Shown: positions 9,632 to 17,933 of the stretch, piece by piece | How positions within the stretch are numbered: position 1 is the stretch's first letter | How the letters are laid out: every line of letters starts with the position of its first letter | Origin: Clostridia bacterium | Lineage (GTDB): Bacteria > Bacillota > Clostridia > TANB77 > CAG-465 | Reading direction: 5' to 3' | NCBI GenBank assembly: GCA_045537895.1 | Contig: JAZSQI010000022.1 | Span: 19,290 to 83,289 of the forward strand | DNA length: 64,000 nt | Translations under genes and position numbers: made by a program | The notes under the pieces: generated by a model | Databases searched by the model: none | Seen by the model: only the letters and a program-made list of their open reading frames with translations | What the model was told of the DNA's origin: nothing

Positions 9632-9661
9632 CAAGTATATTTAAATATGCTTGATTTTTTT
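9632..9661. terminator. Hairpin terminator shared by the island tRNA and the convergent integrase gene
   Basis: CAAGTATAT-TTAA-ATATGCTTG followed by T8. Confidence 0.55.
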
Positions 9662-10931
9662 ATATGTCTAATTTGTCTAATTCTTGTTTTTTCCTTTCAT
9701 CCGATACATGAATATAATATTTTTTAGTAGTTGCTGGATCAGAATGTCCCATTAGCTTTTTTAATACTACATCAGATACTCCTTTTTCACTGCATAAAGT
9801 AGCAAAACTATGTCTTAAACCATAAGCAGTAATATTATCATCTAAATTATACTTTCTTCTAAATGATGGCATTTTTCTGCTCAAATTATCTGATATATAT
9901 GGCTCTCTTTTTTCATTTAGAAACACATAATCTGATTCTGACCATTTTCCCTTTATTTCTTTTAGCTCTGTCATTCTTTTTTCTTTAAGTTTTTCTAAAA
10001 GTCTTTTTAATCGTGGTCTTATAGGTATAGTTCTGTAACTATCAATAGTTTTTAATTCACTATCCTTACGAATTCTATTTATCACTATTAGATTTTCATC
10101 ATACTCTAATTCTTCTACAAATGAATTTTCAACTTTAATTATTTCATTATAAAAATCTATACTTTTCCATTTTAGACCACAACCTTCTTCTGGTCGCATA
10201 CCTGTTTGTAACAATGTAGCAAGTAATAATACCCATTCTCTTGCATCTTGTTCCATTATATTTAACCATTCTATTTGCTCTTTTTCTGATAAATGTTTAA
10301 TTTCTTTTCTTGACTCTTTTGGAAGTTCAATGTCTTTTATAGGATTTATAGTAATATAGTTTTGCTTTTTTGCATAGTCCATGCAAAACTTCATTACAAG
10401 AAAACAATCTCTTGCACATTTTCTACCAATATTTTTGCTGTCTATATAATCTTGAAACATTTTTCTAGTTATATTAGAAACATCCATTTGACCAAAAACA
10501 GGAACAAGATATGTTTTAATTGGCCTAACATACGATTCTAATGTCTTTGATGCTATTCTTTTGCCAACATCCTTTTGTTTTTCCATTATCCAACCTTTTG
10601 CTATATTAACAAATTTTGTTGTAGTATTTACTTTATCTACTATTTCTTTTTGGAATTCAGTACCTGTATATTCTCTCATACTTACAAGTTTTTCATTACA
10701 TTCTTCTATTATACTCATTTTAGAAATATTATTTTTTCTTCTAGCCTCTATATGAGCATCAATTATAGCTTCTTCTAATTTTTTCCTAGCCTCCTTTTCT
10801 GATATGGAACTATACTTTGATAACCTTAATGTATTATCATCTATAATTATGGTTATTCTTGCCTCATAACCACCTGATTTTTTCCTTATACTGATAGTTC
10901 CTTTTTTAGCTCTTTCTTTTATCTTATTCAT
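9660..10931 (-). CDS. int: Tyrosine-type site-specific integrase
   Basis: C-terminal catalytic signature LRHSFATLC ... LMGHSDPATTKKYYIH, N-terminal SAM-like/arm-binding region, located next to a tRNA. Confidence 0.9.
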   Translation of the reverse strand: MNKIKERAKKGTISIRKKSGGYEARITIIIDDNTLRLSKYSSISEKEARKKLEEAIIDAHIEARRKNNISKMSIIEECNEKLVSMREYTGTEFQKEIVDKVNTTTKFVNIAKGWIMEKQKDVGKRIASKTLESYVRPIKTYLVPVFGQMDVSNITRKMFQDYIDSKNIGRKCARDCFLVMKFCMDYAKKQNYITINPIKDIELPKESRKEIKHLSEKEQIEWLNIMEQDAREWVLLLATLLQTGMRPEEGCGLKWKSIDFYNEIIKVENSFVEELEYDENLIVINRIRKDSELKTIDSYRTIPIRPRLKRLLEKLKEKRMTELKEIKGKWSESDYVFLNEKREPYISDNLSRKMPSFRRKYNLDDNITAYGLRHSFATLCSEKGVSDVVLKKLMGHSDPATTKKYYIHVSDERKKQELDKLDI

Positions 10932-10947
10932 TTTATTTCCTCCTTAC

Positions 10948-11000
10948 AAAAAAGAAGTTATAAAATAATTCAATGACACTATTATTATAACTTCTTTTTT
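10948..11000 (-). promoter_or_regulatory. Perfect 16-bp-stem hairpin between the xis-like gene and int (possible attenuator or terminator)
   Basis: AAAAAAGAAGTTATAA (10948-10963) and TTATAACTTCTTTTTT (10985-11000). On the minus strand it is followed by a T run and then the int RBS. Confidence 0.45.
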
Positions 11001-11023
11001 CTATTAAAGTCTAATAATTATAG

Positions 11024-11209
11024 TTAATAATTGTATTTTCCATAATTATTTGAAATCCATTTTTGTAAATTATTTTTATCAATTATTATTTTCCTTTTAA
11101 ACTTTATACAGGGGAATCCCTCTGTCTTTACAAGTTCTAACATCAGATTTCTTCCAATGCCTAAAAGCTTTCTAGCTTCATCTATACCTATATATTCTTT
11201 TTGTTCCAT
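11024..11209 (-). CDS. xis: Excisionase-type (MerR/HTH_17-like) small DNA-binding protein
   Basis: 61 aa. IDEARKLLGIGRNLMLELVKTEGFPCIKFKRKIIIDKNNLQKWI matches the helix-turn-helix excisionase pattern. Lies directly upstream of int. Confidence 0.65.
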   Translation of the reverse strand: MEQKEYIGIDEARKLLGIGRNLMLELVKTEGFPCIKFKRKIIIDKNNLQKWISNNYGKYNY

Positions 11210-11376
11210 CTATTTACTCCTTAATCTATATGTTTTTTTCTAAGGTATAAGTTGAATTTGAATTATCTTAACATTCACATAGGGATTTGCCCCCTCTCCG
11301 CTTGCAACCGAGCAACTCCTCAGCATCACACTAAGCCAAGTTGAAGTATCATTATTTTGTCTTATACCTATCTATG

Positions 11377-11392
11377 ACACCTATATAGGTGT
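11377..11392. promoter_or_regulatory. Perfect 16-bp palindrome ACACCTATATAGGTGT upstream of xis-int (candidate operator)
   Basis: The sequence is exactly self-complementary and sits in the 400-bp region upstream of xis. Confidence 0.4.
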
Positions 11393-11612
11393 ATTTGTCA
11401 ATGTGCAAGTGAAAGTATCACTACCTTTCACTTACTTAAACTCTTAAAGAATAGATAGTCGGACAAAAATACAAAAAAATTTAATAATTTATTGAAAAAA
11501 CAATTAATAATATTAAAATAGTGTTGGAAATAACAATAAAAAATAAAGAGGTTATCCACATTATCAACAATGTGTAGCCTCTTTATCTACTTTATATATA
11601 CTTCGTATAATA

Positions 11613-12728
11613 TTAATCTGGATATATTTCTCCTTTAATCATTATACTTTCTACTTTTGAGCCATTATTTTTCATACGACTAATTCCCATGTCAGAACCA
11701 CCCACAAAATAAACATAATCATCTATTAAGTCATAGTCGTGTACTCTTTCTGCTATTATTTGTTTTTCATTTTTACCATTTATATCTATTTTATATAGTT
11801 TATTTCCCATATCAGTTTTATAATAAATATAATTGTTTGTCATTTGATATTCTTCTATGTATTCATCTATAATTAATTTTTCATTTTTTCCATCTAAATC
11901 AGTTTTATATAGTTTACCTGACTTTAAGTAGAAAATGCTATCATTATGAACAACCAAATCACTCATATTTCCTGTTTCAATTATTTTACTTTCATTACTG
12001 AAATTTATATCTGAAACATATAATCCTTGTTCGTATACATCTGAGAATACAGAAGAATCAGTTGTACTTATTTTGTTATAATATACTTTATCTTTATACA
12101 TATACATTTCTCCAATACCTTTTATTATTAGGGTATCATCTTTATCTTGATTATATTTATATAAGTTTGCTTCATTATGGCTCTTTGCAGGAAGACCATA
12201 TTCATCCACTTCATCTATAATTTCTACTATGGTATTATAATAAATATCATTATTTATTACACCAAAAAACAATTTAGCTGAGTCTATAATTTTTGTATCA
12301 GAAAATACCGCAGTAGTTTGATTATAATCTTGTTTCTTTAAATCAATAGGGTAAATTGCTTTTTTATTTCCAGAACTAGCCGATACATATAATATATTGT
12401 CTTTTTCAAATTCTATTTTAGGTGTTTGTCTTAATATTTGAGTTTTATTTCCTTTACTGTCTAACCTTATAATTTGATTACCATCACCATAATTTTTATA
12501 ATATACTGCATTACTTCCTTTATATGCAATCCTTGAATTAGTTGAATTTTTTATTCCATTACCAATATACTTATCTATCTTATTAGAATTGCTTTCTGTT
12601 TTGTTACCTACGCTTGTCGTTTTGTCTACTTCTGATGTATTATCTTTCATCAATATCGTTGACACAACAATTCCACTTATAATAACTACTACAAGTATAA
12701 TTATTCCTATTATCACACTTTTTTTCAT
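11613..12728 (-). CDS. Membrane-anchored DUF5050-like beta-propeller repeat protein
   Basis: N-terminal TM anchor, then repeated units of the type IYY.., GKLYKTDLDGKNEKLI and NKLYKIDINGKNEKQI. Confidence 0.5.
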   Translation of the reverse strand: MKKSVIIGIIILVVVIISGIVVSTILMKDNTSEVDKTTSVGNKTESNSNKIDKYIGNGIKNSTNSRIAYKGSNAVYYKNYGDGNQIIRLDSKGNKTQILRQTPKIEFEKDNILYVSASSGNKKAIYPIDLKKQDYNQTTAVFSDTKIIDSAKLFFGVINNDIYYNTIVEIIDEVDEYGLPAKSHNEANLYKYNQDKDDTLIIKGIGEMYMYKDKVYYNKISTTDSSVFSDVYEQGLYVSDINFSNESKIIETGNMSDLVVHNDSIFYLKSGKLYKTDLDGKNEKLIIDEYIEEYQMTNNYIYYKTDMGNKLYKIDINGKNEKQIIAERVHDYDLIDDYVYFVGGSDMGISRMKNNGSKVESIMIKGEIYPD

Positions 12729-12744
12729 ATGTAACCTCCATTAT

Positions 12745-13686
12745 TTATCCTATATTACTATCTATTACAATATTAGCTACTATATCTTCTGCCATTCTTT
12801 TAACAAATGTCAAAGTATTTATTGTATCCTCATATTGTTTTTTATCAATAGCTTTTCCCATATCAAAATTAAATATTGTTTTTTGATGAAATCTTATATA
12901 TAGCTTGTCATTATTTATAGCAATATCAAATCCAATATTATAAATTTTATTTTTCATTTCTAAAAGTTTTTCCATTTTATCAGCTGTTAATATTTGCCTA
13001 GCTATTATTTCATTTGTTGCAGAAACATTAAATATCTCTTCAAATTCTCGCATATCCAGCTCAATTTTATTACTTTTTACTTCATTTCCTGTTATATTGA
13101 TTCTGGCATTAGTATTAAAGGGAAGATTTATTACTCCTACTAATCCACCAAAAAGTTGTTCAGTTCTAGTTTCTAAATGGTCATTATGGTCATAGTAACT
13201 TACTTCGTGATAAGTAAAAACATTTGCCAACTTTAATTTATAACCTTCTGGATTAATTGGTATTTCTGTCAAACCGTGTGAAGAATACTTGTCCCAATCA
13301 TATTCTTCATTATCACTTACTATATTATAGTCTGAATTTTCTATTCCATTTGTAACATCACTACTGGCATCTCCAAAAATCCTTTTTAATAAAGGTGTTA
13401 TTATTTTTTCATTAAGCAAACTTATATAATTTCCATCATCACTTTTATATTGCTTTACTTCTAGTTCATGAACATGCTTAAATAGCAGAATATCCCAGAT
13501 TAAACAAAAAGGGAATAAAGGTAGCGTAATAATTACTAAAATAAATATTAATACTTTTTTTACTGTTAATTTTTTTTCGTTTTTCCTATGTTCCATATAA
13601 ACTTGCATAGGTTCCTCTAAGCTTTTTATATTTTGATTATATATTTCATCAAATATTTCGAAAAAATTATACTCCATTAAATTCAC
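12745..13686 (-). CDS. DUF3137-like membrane protein (usual LemA partner)
   Basis: TM hairpin VLIFILVIITLPLFPFCLIWDILLF followed by a soluble domain. Starts 10 nt after the LemA stop. Confidence 0.45.
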   Translation of the reverse strand: MNLMEYNFFEIFDEIYNQNIKSLEEPMQVYMEHRKNEKKLTVKKVLIFILVIITLPLFPFCLIWDILLFKHVHELEVKQYKSDDGNYISLLNEKIITPLLKRIFGDASSDVTNGIENSDYNIVSDNEEYDWDKYSSHGLTEIPINPEGYKLKLANVFTYHEVSYYDHNDHLETRTEQLFGGLVGVINLPFNTNARINITGNEVKSNKIELDMREFEEIFNVSATNEIIARQILTADKMEKLLEMKNKIYNIGFDIAINNDKLYIRFHQKTIFNFDMGKAIDKKQYEDTINTLTFVKRMAEDIVANIVIDSNIG

Positions 13687-13695
13687 CTCCCACTT

Positions 13696-14403
13696 TTAAA
13701 CATTCACAACATTTCTTTCTTCTGGTTTTGCTTCAAAAAGATTTTGCTCTCTATATCCAAATATATTAGCTACTATGGAATTAGGGAATTTTTTAATTAG
13801 TATATTATATTCTGTAACTTGCATATTATATGTTCTTCTAGCTGCTTGAATTTGATTCTCCATTCTAGCCAGTTGTTTTTGTAAGTCTAAGAAATTTTCG
13901 TTTGCTTTTAACTCTGGATATGCCTCAATTCTAGCAATAAGATTGTTATATTCATTATCCAAATCCGATTTAGCAATTACATTTTTTTCGTTAATATCAA
14001 ATTCTGTTCTTAATTTTATTATACTTTCAAGTGTTTCTTTTTCATAATTAGAATATGCTTTTACTGTTTCAACTAGATTTGGTATTAAATCAAATCTTTG
14101 TTTTAAATATACATCAATACTGCTCAAAACATTTTCAAATTTTTCTTTTAACGATACTATTTTATTATACAGTTTTATTATATTAATAATTAATATGATT
14201 ATAACAGTTATAGCCAATATTAATAATTTGCTTCCAACATATTCAAAGAACATCTTGTCGTAGTAAAAATTCAAAAATTCACCATCTGAAAAATCATCTA
14301 ACCTGCTTATCTCTTCCTTATATTGCACATAACCCATAAACACCGAGTAAACTACCATCAAAACAAGTGCCCATACTATAACCGAACCTACACTTTTATT
14401 CAT
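13696..14403 (-). CDS. lemA: LemA family protein (island copy, with N-terminal extension)
   Basis: [44 protein letters not shown] and FPNSIVANIFGY motifs. Has two N-terminal TM segments, whereas the core paralogue has one. Confidence 0.85.
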   Translation of the reverse strand: MNKSVGSVIVWALVLMVVYSVFMGYVQYKEEISRLDDFSDGEFLNFYYDKMFFEYVGSKLLILAITVIIILIINIIKLYNKIVSLKEKFENVLSSIDVYLKQRFDLIPNLVETVKAYSNYEKETLESIIKLRTEFDINEKNVIAKSDLDNEYNNLIARIEAYPELKANENFLDLQKQLARMENQIQAARRTYNMQVTEYNILIKKFPNSIVANIFGYREQNLFEAKPEERNVVNV

Positions 14404-14515
14404 ATTTCACCTCCACTTACAATATTAAAAAAATTCTATCACAAACATATGGGTAATGCAAGTATCTTATTTGTAAAATACTTATAAGATAAAATAGCAA
14501 AAGGGAGTGAATATA

Positions 14516-14740
14516 ATGATTAAATTCAATATACCAAATTTACTTAAAAGAAAAAACAAATCTAAATATTGGCTATGCCAAAAAATGAATATTACTTCTA
14601 GAAATATAAATAGATTAATACGTGGAGATACAACTTCTATATCCTTTAAGTATTTAGAACAATTTTGTTATTATCTTGATTGTACTCCTGAAGAACTTAT
14701 AACAATAGAATTTGAACCTGAAACTTATGATAATAATTAA
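14516..14740 (+). CDS. XRE/Cro-type helix-turn-helix regulator, divergent from the LemA operon
   Basis: ATG at 14516 lies 9 nt after AAGGGAG. SKYWLCQKMNITSRNINRLIRGDTTSISFKYLEQFCYYLDCTPEELI is HTH_26-like. Hairpin terminator at 14741-14783. Confidence 0.6.
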   Translation: MIKFNIPNLLKRKNKSKYWLCQKMNITSRNINRLIRGDTTSISFKYLEQFCYYLDCTPEELITIEFEPETYDNN

Positions 14741-14856
14741 AAACACATTAACTAGTTTTGATGATACTATTAATGTGTTTTTATTTTAAAATTATTATTT
14801 ATTTTGATATTTAAATTCACTATTTTTACTTCCTTTTATTTCGTAGAGCAAGAATA

Positions 14857-14944
14857 GTTGTCAGACAGACAACCTTTAACAGCTTGAAAGCAGAGCTTCC
14901 AACAGGTATGACACACATATTTTTGTCTGCTATTTGTCAGACAA
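14857..14944. promoter_or_regulatory. Cluster of GACA/TGTC-type palindromes in the intergenic region
   Basis: GTTGTC-AGACA-GACAAC (14857-14873), GACA-N10-TGTC (14910-14927), TTGTC-A-GACAA (14934-14944). Confidence 0.35.
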
Positions 14945-15023
14945 GTTATTAAAGTAATTTTCTAATAAAATATCTAGTAATTCAAAAAATTCATAATCAT
15001 TATTAAATCTATATTTGTATTTT

Positions 15024-15490
15024 TTATATATTTTTTTTGGATAGCTTTCCTGTGAATTTGTCTTTTGTTTTTCCATTTATTATTTCAAATACATTATCTT
15101 TTGTTATTGTGCCATACACTTCTCTTAATTTTTTTGCTTGTGCCATTGTAAGTTTAATATTTGTTTCTTCAATTATTTCATTTACTATCTCTTGCTCTTC
15201 TTGTTTTAAATATGAAAGTTCTACACCCACCATTACTCCTAATATGTCATTATTTACTTTATGTTTTAAATCAGCAGTTAACTCTGTAAGCCTAATAAAT
15301 CGTTGAATAGTAGCTCTACTATCTTCACTTCATTTGCTAATTTTTCTACTGAATAATCCTCCTGCTCAATTTGAGCAGTTGACTCACAAGTATTGGTATC
15401 ACTAGATTTCTCTTAATTTTCTTTTTTAACTTTTTTAATCAATTCTAGTTGTTTTTTATATGCTAAACCTTTCTCACAAGGCAAAATATT
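15024..15490 (-). pseudogene. ParB-like (mobile-element type) gene remnant: 5'-truncated, with an in-frame stop and a frameshift
   Basis: Hand translation gives ILPCEKGLAYKKQLELIKKVKKEN*..DYSVEKLANEV(frameshift)EDSRATIQRFIRLTELTADLKHKVNNDILGVMVGVELSYLKQEEQ.. The N-terminal ParB nuclease domain is absent. Only the last 69 aa form an ORF. Confidence 0.55.
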
Positions 15491-15518
15491 TTTGTTTATC
15501 TCCCTTATATTATATTTA

Positions 15519-16811
15519 TTACCACCAATCAAAATATGATGTGCTTATATTTAATTCTTTTTCTTTGTCCTCTTTACTTGCTTCGTGGTTTCTTTTTCCA
15601 AGCAATTCGTCCTCAACATCTATGTTAGGATCAAACCAATCTGCTTTTTGAGTTGCCCACTCTATCCAAGCTTTGGTGTCTTCATCTAAATTATTACTTG
15701 ATGAAACAGCCGCTATATAATTTCTAATATCACATGCAATTCTATAGTCTTCTGCTATGTTTAGTAATTTTTTAATATTATTTGCCTCTGTTATTTTTCT
15801 GTTTTTTATTTCTTCTTTTCGTCTTTTTTCTTCTTGGTATATTCTTTCTCTTTCTTCTTGTTCTAACCTTGCAACCTTAATTTGTTCTGATTTTTCATAC
15901 AATTTAATTATTATATCTCGTACTTTTTCTTCTAATTTAATACTGTCTGTTTCTTTTATATAATTTCTATTTCCAAATATTATTTTTAACTTCCCATTAT
16001 AAATATAATCATATTTTCTTATATTGGGTTTATACGCATATCTATTCCACTTCTTTTTATCTTCATACTCTAATAATTGTCTAGCTTCTTCTTTTGTCAA
16101 TTCGTGGTCTACTTGATTTTTTAATTCTTCTATTTCTATCGTAACTATTTCATTACGTATTTGCATTGAAAAATCATTATTCACCTTACCTCCAAGATCT
16201 TCTATTATATAATAAACTAAACTTAAAAGCCTCATAGCTCTTGTTTTTTCAAGTTTTGAAATATTTGAAAAATATCCAGTTTCAACATAATTACGTATAC
16301 TATAATTAGGGTTATAGTAATTGATCTTTCTTTCCTCTCTACGTTCTTCTTGTATTTTGTTTTTATATTCTGAGATTATCTTATGCATTCTTTTATGATT
16401 ATTAATAGATATATTATCAAGTGACTTTATAACTTTTTTTCGTTCATCCTCAGTCAAAAAAACTAACACATTATTTTCTATTTTGTTTGAAATCTTATTA
16501 TCTTCTTTTATAGTGTCTATTTTTTTGTCTGGAATACTTTTTGTTCCCTTCAAACATAACTTAACTTCGTTTGATTCAAAATCAGGCAATTGGATAATCT
16601 CATCACTAACATCTAACCCCATCTTTTTTCTAGTCCAGTAGCCAGATGTAGGATATGGAATATTGTTTTCTTTACAAACTTTAACCAATTTTGAATAGCT
16701 AAGATTATACTTTTTTGAAACGCCCATTAATGATATTTCCCATATTTCATTATAAAGTTGTTCTCTAGTCATTACAAGCAAGTCAATCATTACAAATTTC
16801 TCTCCCTTCAT
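15519..16811 (-). CDS. Hypothetical protein with an HTH-like N-terminus and a long E/K/R-rich coiled coil
   Basis: 430 aa. N-terminus is REQLYNEIWEISLMGVSKKYNLSYSKLVKVCKENNIPYPTSGYWTRKKMG. No catalytic motif recognised. Confidence 0.5.
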   Translation of the reverse strand: MKGEKFVMIDLLVMTREQLYNEIWEISLMGVSKKYNLSYSKLVKVCKENNIPYPTSGYWTRKKMGLDVSDEIIQLPDFESNEVKLCLKGTKSIPDKKIDTIKEDNKISNKIENNVLVFLTEDERKKVIKSLDNISINNHKRMHKIISEYKNKIQEERREERKINYYNPNYSIRNYVETGYFSNISKLEKTRAMRLLSLVYYIIEDLGGKVNNDFSMQIRNEIVTIEIEELKNQVDHELTKEEARQLLEYEDKKKWNRYAYKPNIRKYDYIYNGKLKIIFGNRNYIKETDSIKLEEKVRDIIIKLYEKSEQIKVARLEQEERERIYQEEKRRKEEIKNRKITEANNIKKLLNIAEDYRIACDIRNYIAAVSSSNNLDEDTKAWIEWATQKADWFDPNIDVEDELLGKRNHEASKEDKEKELNISTSYFDWW

Positions 16812-16865
16812 ATTTTTTATCGTTATCCTTATATTTTCCTAGCGAAAATGCATACTCAAATAACT

Positions 16866-17210
16866 CTAAATCTCTTGTTTTGCATTTTCGCTTAATATAA
16901 AAAGCAAATCATTTTTTAATGATTCAAATTCCTTAATAATAGTCCCCAAATTGTTTTCTATATTTTGAACTCGAATCTCTGATATTCTTCCATATTTATA
17001 CGCTATCATTCTTTCAGCTATAATATGATAAGACCAACTTTCGGAATAAAGTTTATCCTTTTCTTCATTATGAATTGCAAAACCAATTGGCAATAAATTG
17101 TTTTTTAATCCCATAGTTACTGCCATTGCAGAAATCCCCAAATAGTCTCCTGCAATTTTACAAGTGATTTTTGACATGTTTCTAATGTCTTCATCTGTAT
17201 ATTTACTCAT
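16866..17210 (-). CDS. Small phage/ICE-type HTH-like protein
   Basis: 114 aa. IAGDYLGISAMAVTMGLKNNLLPIGFAI resembles small DNA-binding proteins of mobile elements. RBS GGGGG upstream. Confidence 0.4.
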   Translation of the reverse strand: MSKYTDEDIRNMSKITCKIAGDYLGISAMAVTMGLKNNLLPIGFAIHNEEKDKLYSESWSYHIIAERMIAYKYGRISEIRVQNIENNLGTIIKEFESLKNDLLFILSENAKQEI

Positions 17211-17302
17211 AAATACCCCCTAGAATAATTAGTCAATTTATTATTGCTAATTTTGTTTATAATATATCATATATTTTTTGTATTATCTACATATTTCATT
17301 TT

Positions 17303-17320
17303 GTATTACACTTGTAATAC
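17303..17320. promoter_or_regulatory. 18-bp palindrome GTATTACA-CT-TGTAATAC upstream of the 114-aa gene (candidate operator)
   Basis: Inverted repeat seen directly. It lies between the SWIM-gene terminator hairpin (about 17369-17410) and the 17210 start. Confidence 0.35.
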
Positions 17321-17416
17321 GATTAGCAAGTTGATAATTTTAAGTAAAAACCTACTTATAAGCAAAACAACAGTATCTCTTATCTAAAATTAGAGTTACT
17401 GTTGTTATTTTTTAAT

Positions 17417-17908
17417 TTATTTTATTATACGAAAAATATTCATATTGTTCATAGTTCTTAAATCTGTATATATATTTTCATTATCTATTGCAATGTCTTT
17501 AATATATTGTTTTAATTGCTCTTCTGAAATATTAGCTAAATACTTTTCTATATCTTTTGTTCTTTTTGCAATTTGTTTTTCAATATCTTTATCTGTAACT
17601 ATATCTTCTAAATTTTGTTCTATGTATATTAGAGTTGCTGCCATATGTTTACAATAGCTCCCAGCTTCTGCATATGGACAATTACAATACATATCTTCAA
17701 TTTCATTATCTTTTATTTCTATTCTTACATTATATGGATAAGTTCCTTCAACAGTGGAATAAAAATTCCCTTTTCTTTTACAAACATCTTGAACTCTATC
17801 TTCGTAAAAATAGTCTAAACCTCTTTCAAAAATCACATCATCAAAAAATTCTAGTGCTGATTCGTGTATACTATTTCTCAATTTAGAATTTGAACTATAT
17901 CTTGGCAT
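17417..17908 (-). CDS. SWIM zinc-finger protein
   Basis: CNCPYAEAGSYCKH (CxCx8CxH). 163 aa. Starts 25 nt after the upstream ATPase stop. Confidence 0.7.
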   Translation of the reverse strand: MPRYSSNSKLRNSIHESALEFFDDVIFERGLDYFYEDRVQDVCKRKGNFYSTVEGTYPYNVRIEIKDNEIEDMYCNCPYAEAGSYCKHMAATLIYIEQNLEDIVTDKDIEKQIAKRTKDIEKYLANISEEQLKQYIKDIAIDNENIYTDLRTMNNMNIFRIIK

Positions 17909-17933
17909 AGTTTTACCTCTCTTAATTATATTC

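Noticed and set aside
14066-14098. 33-nt identical stretch (GTTTCAACTAGATTTGGTATTAAATCAAATCTT) shared by the island lemA and the core lemA (38830-38862), considered as evidence of recent recombination or gene conversion.
   Set aside because: It encodes the most conserved LemA motif ([12 protein letters not shown]). In this AT-biased genome synonymous choices are few, and flanking sequence diverges immediately. Conservation plus codon bias is sufficient explanation.
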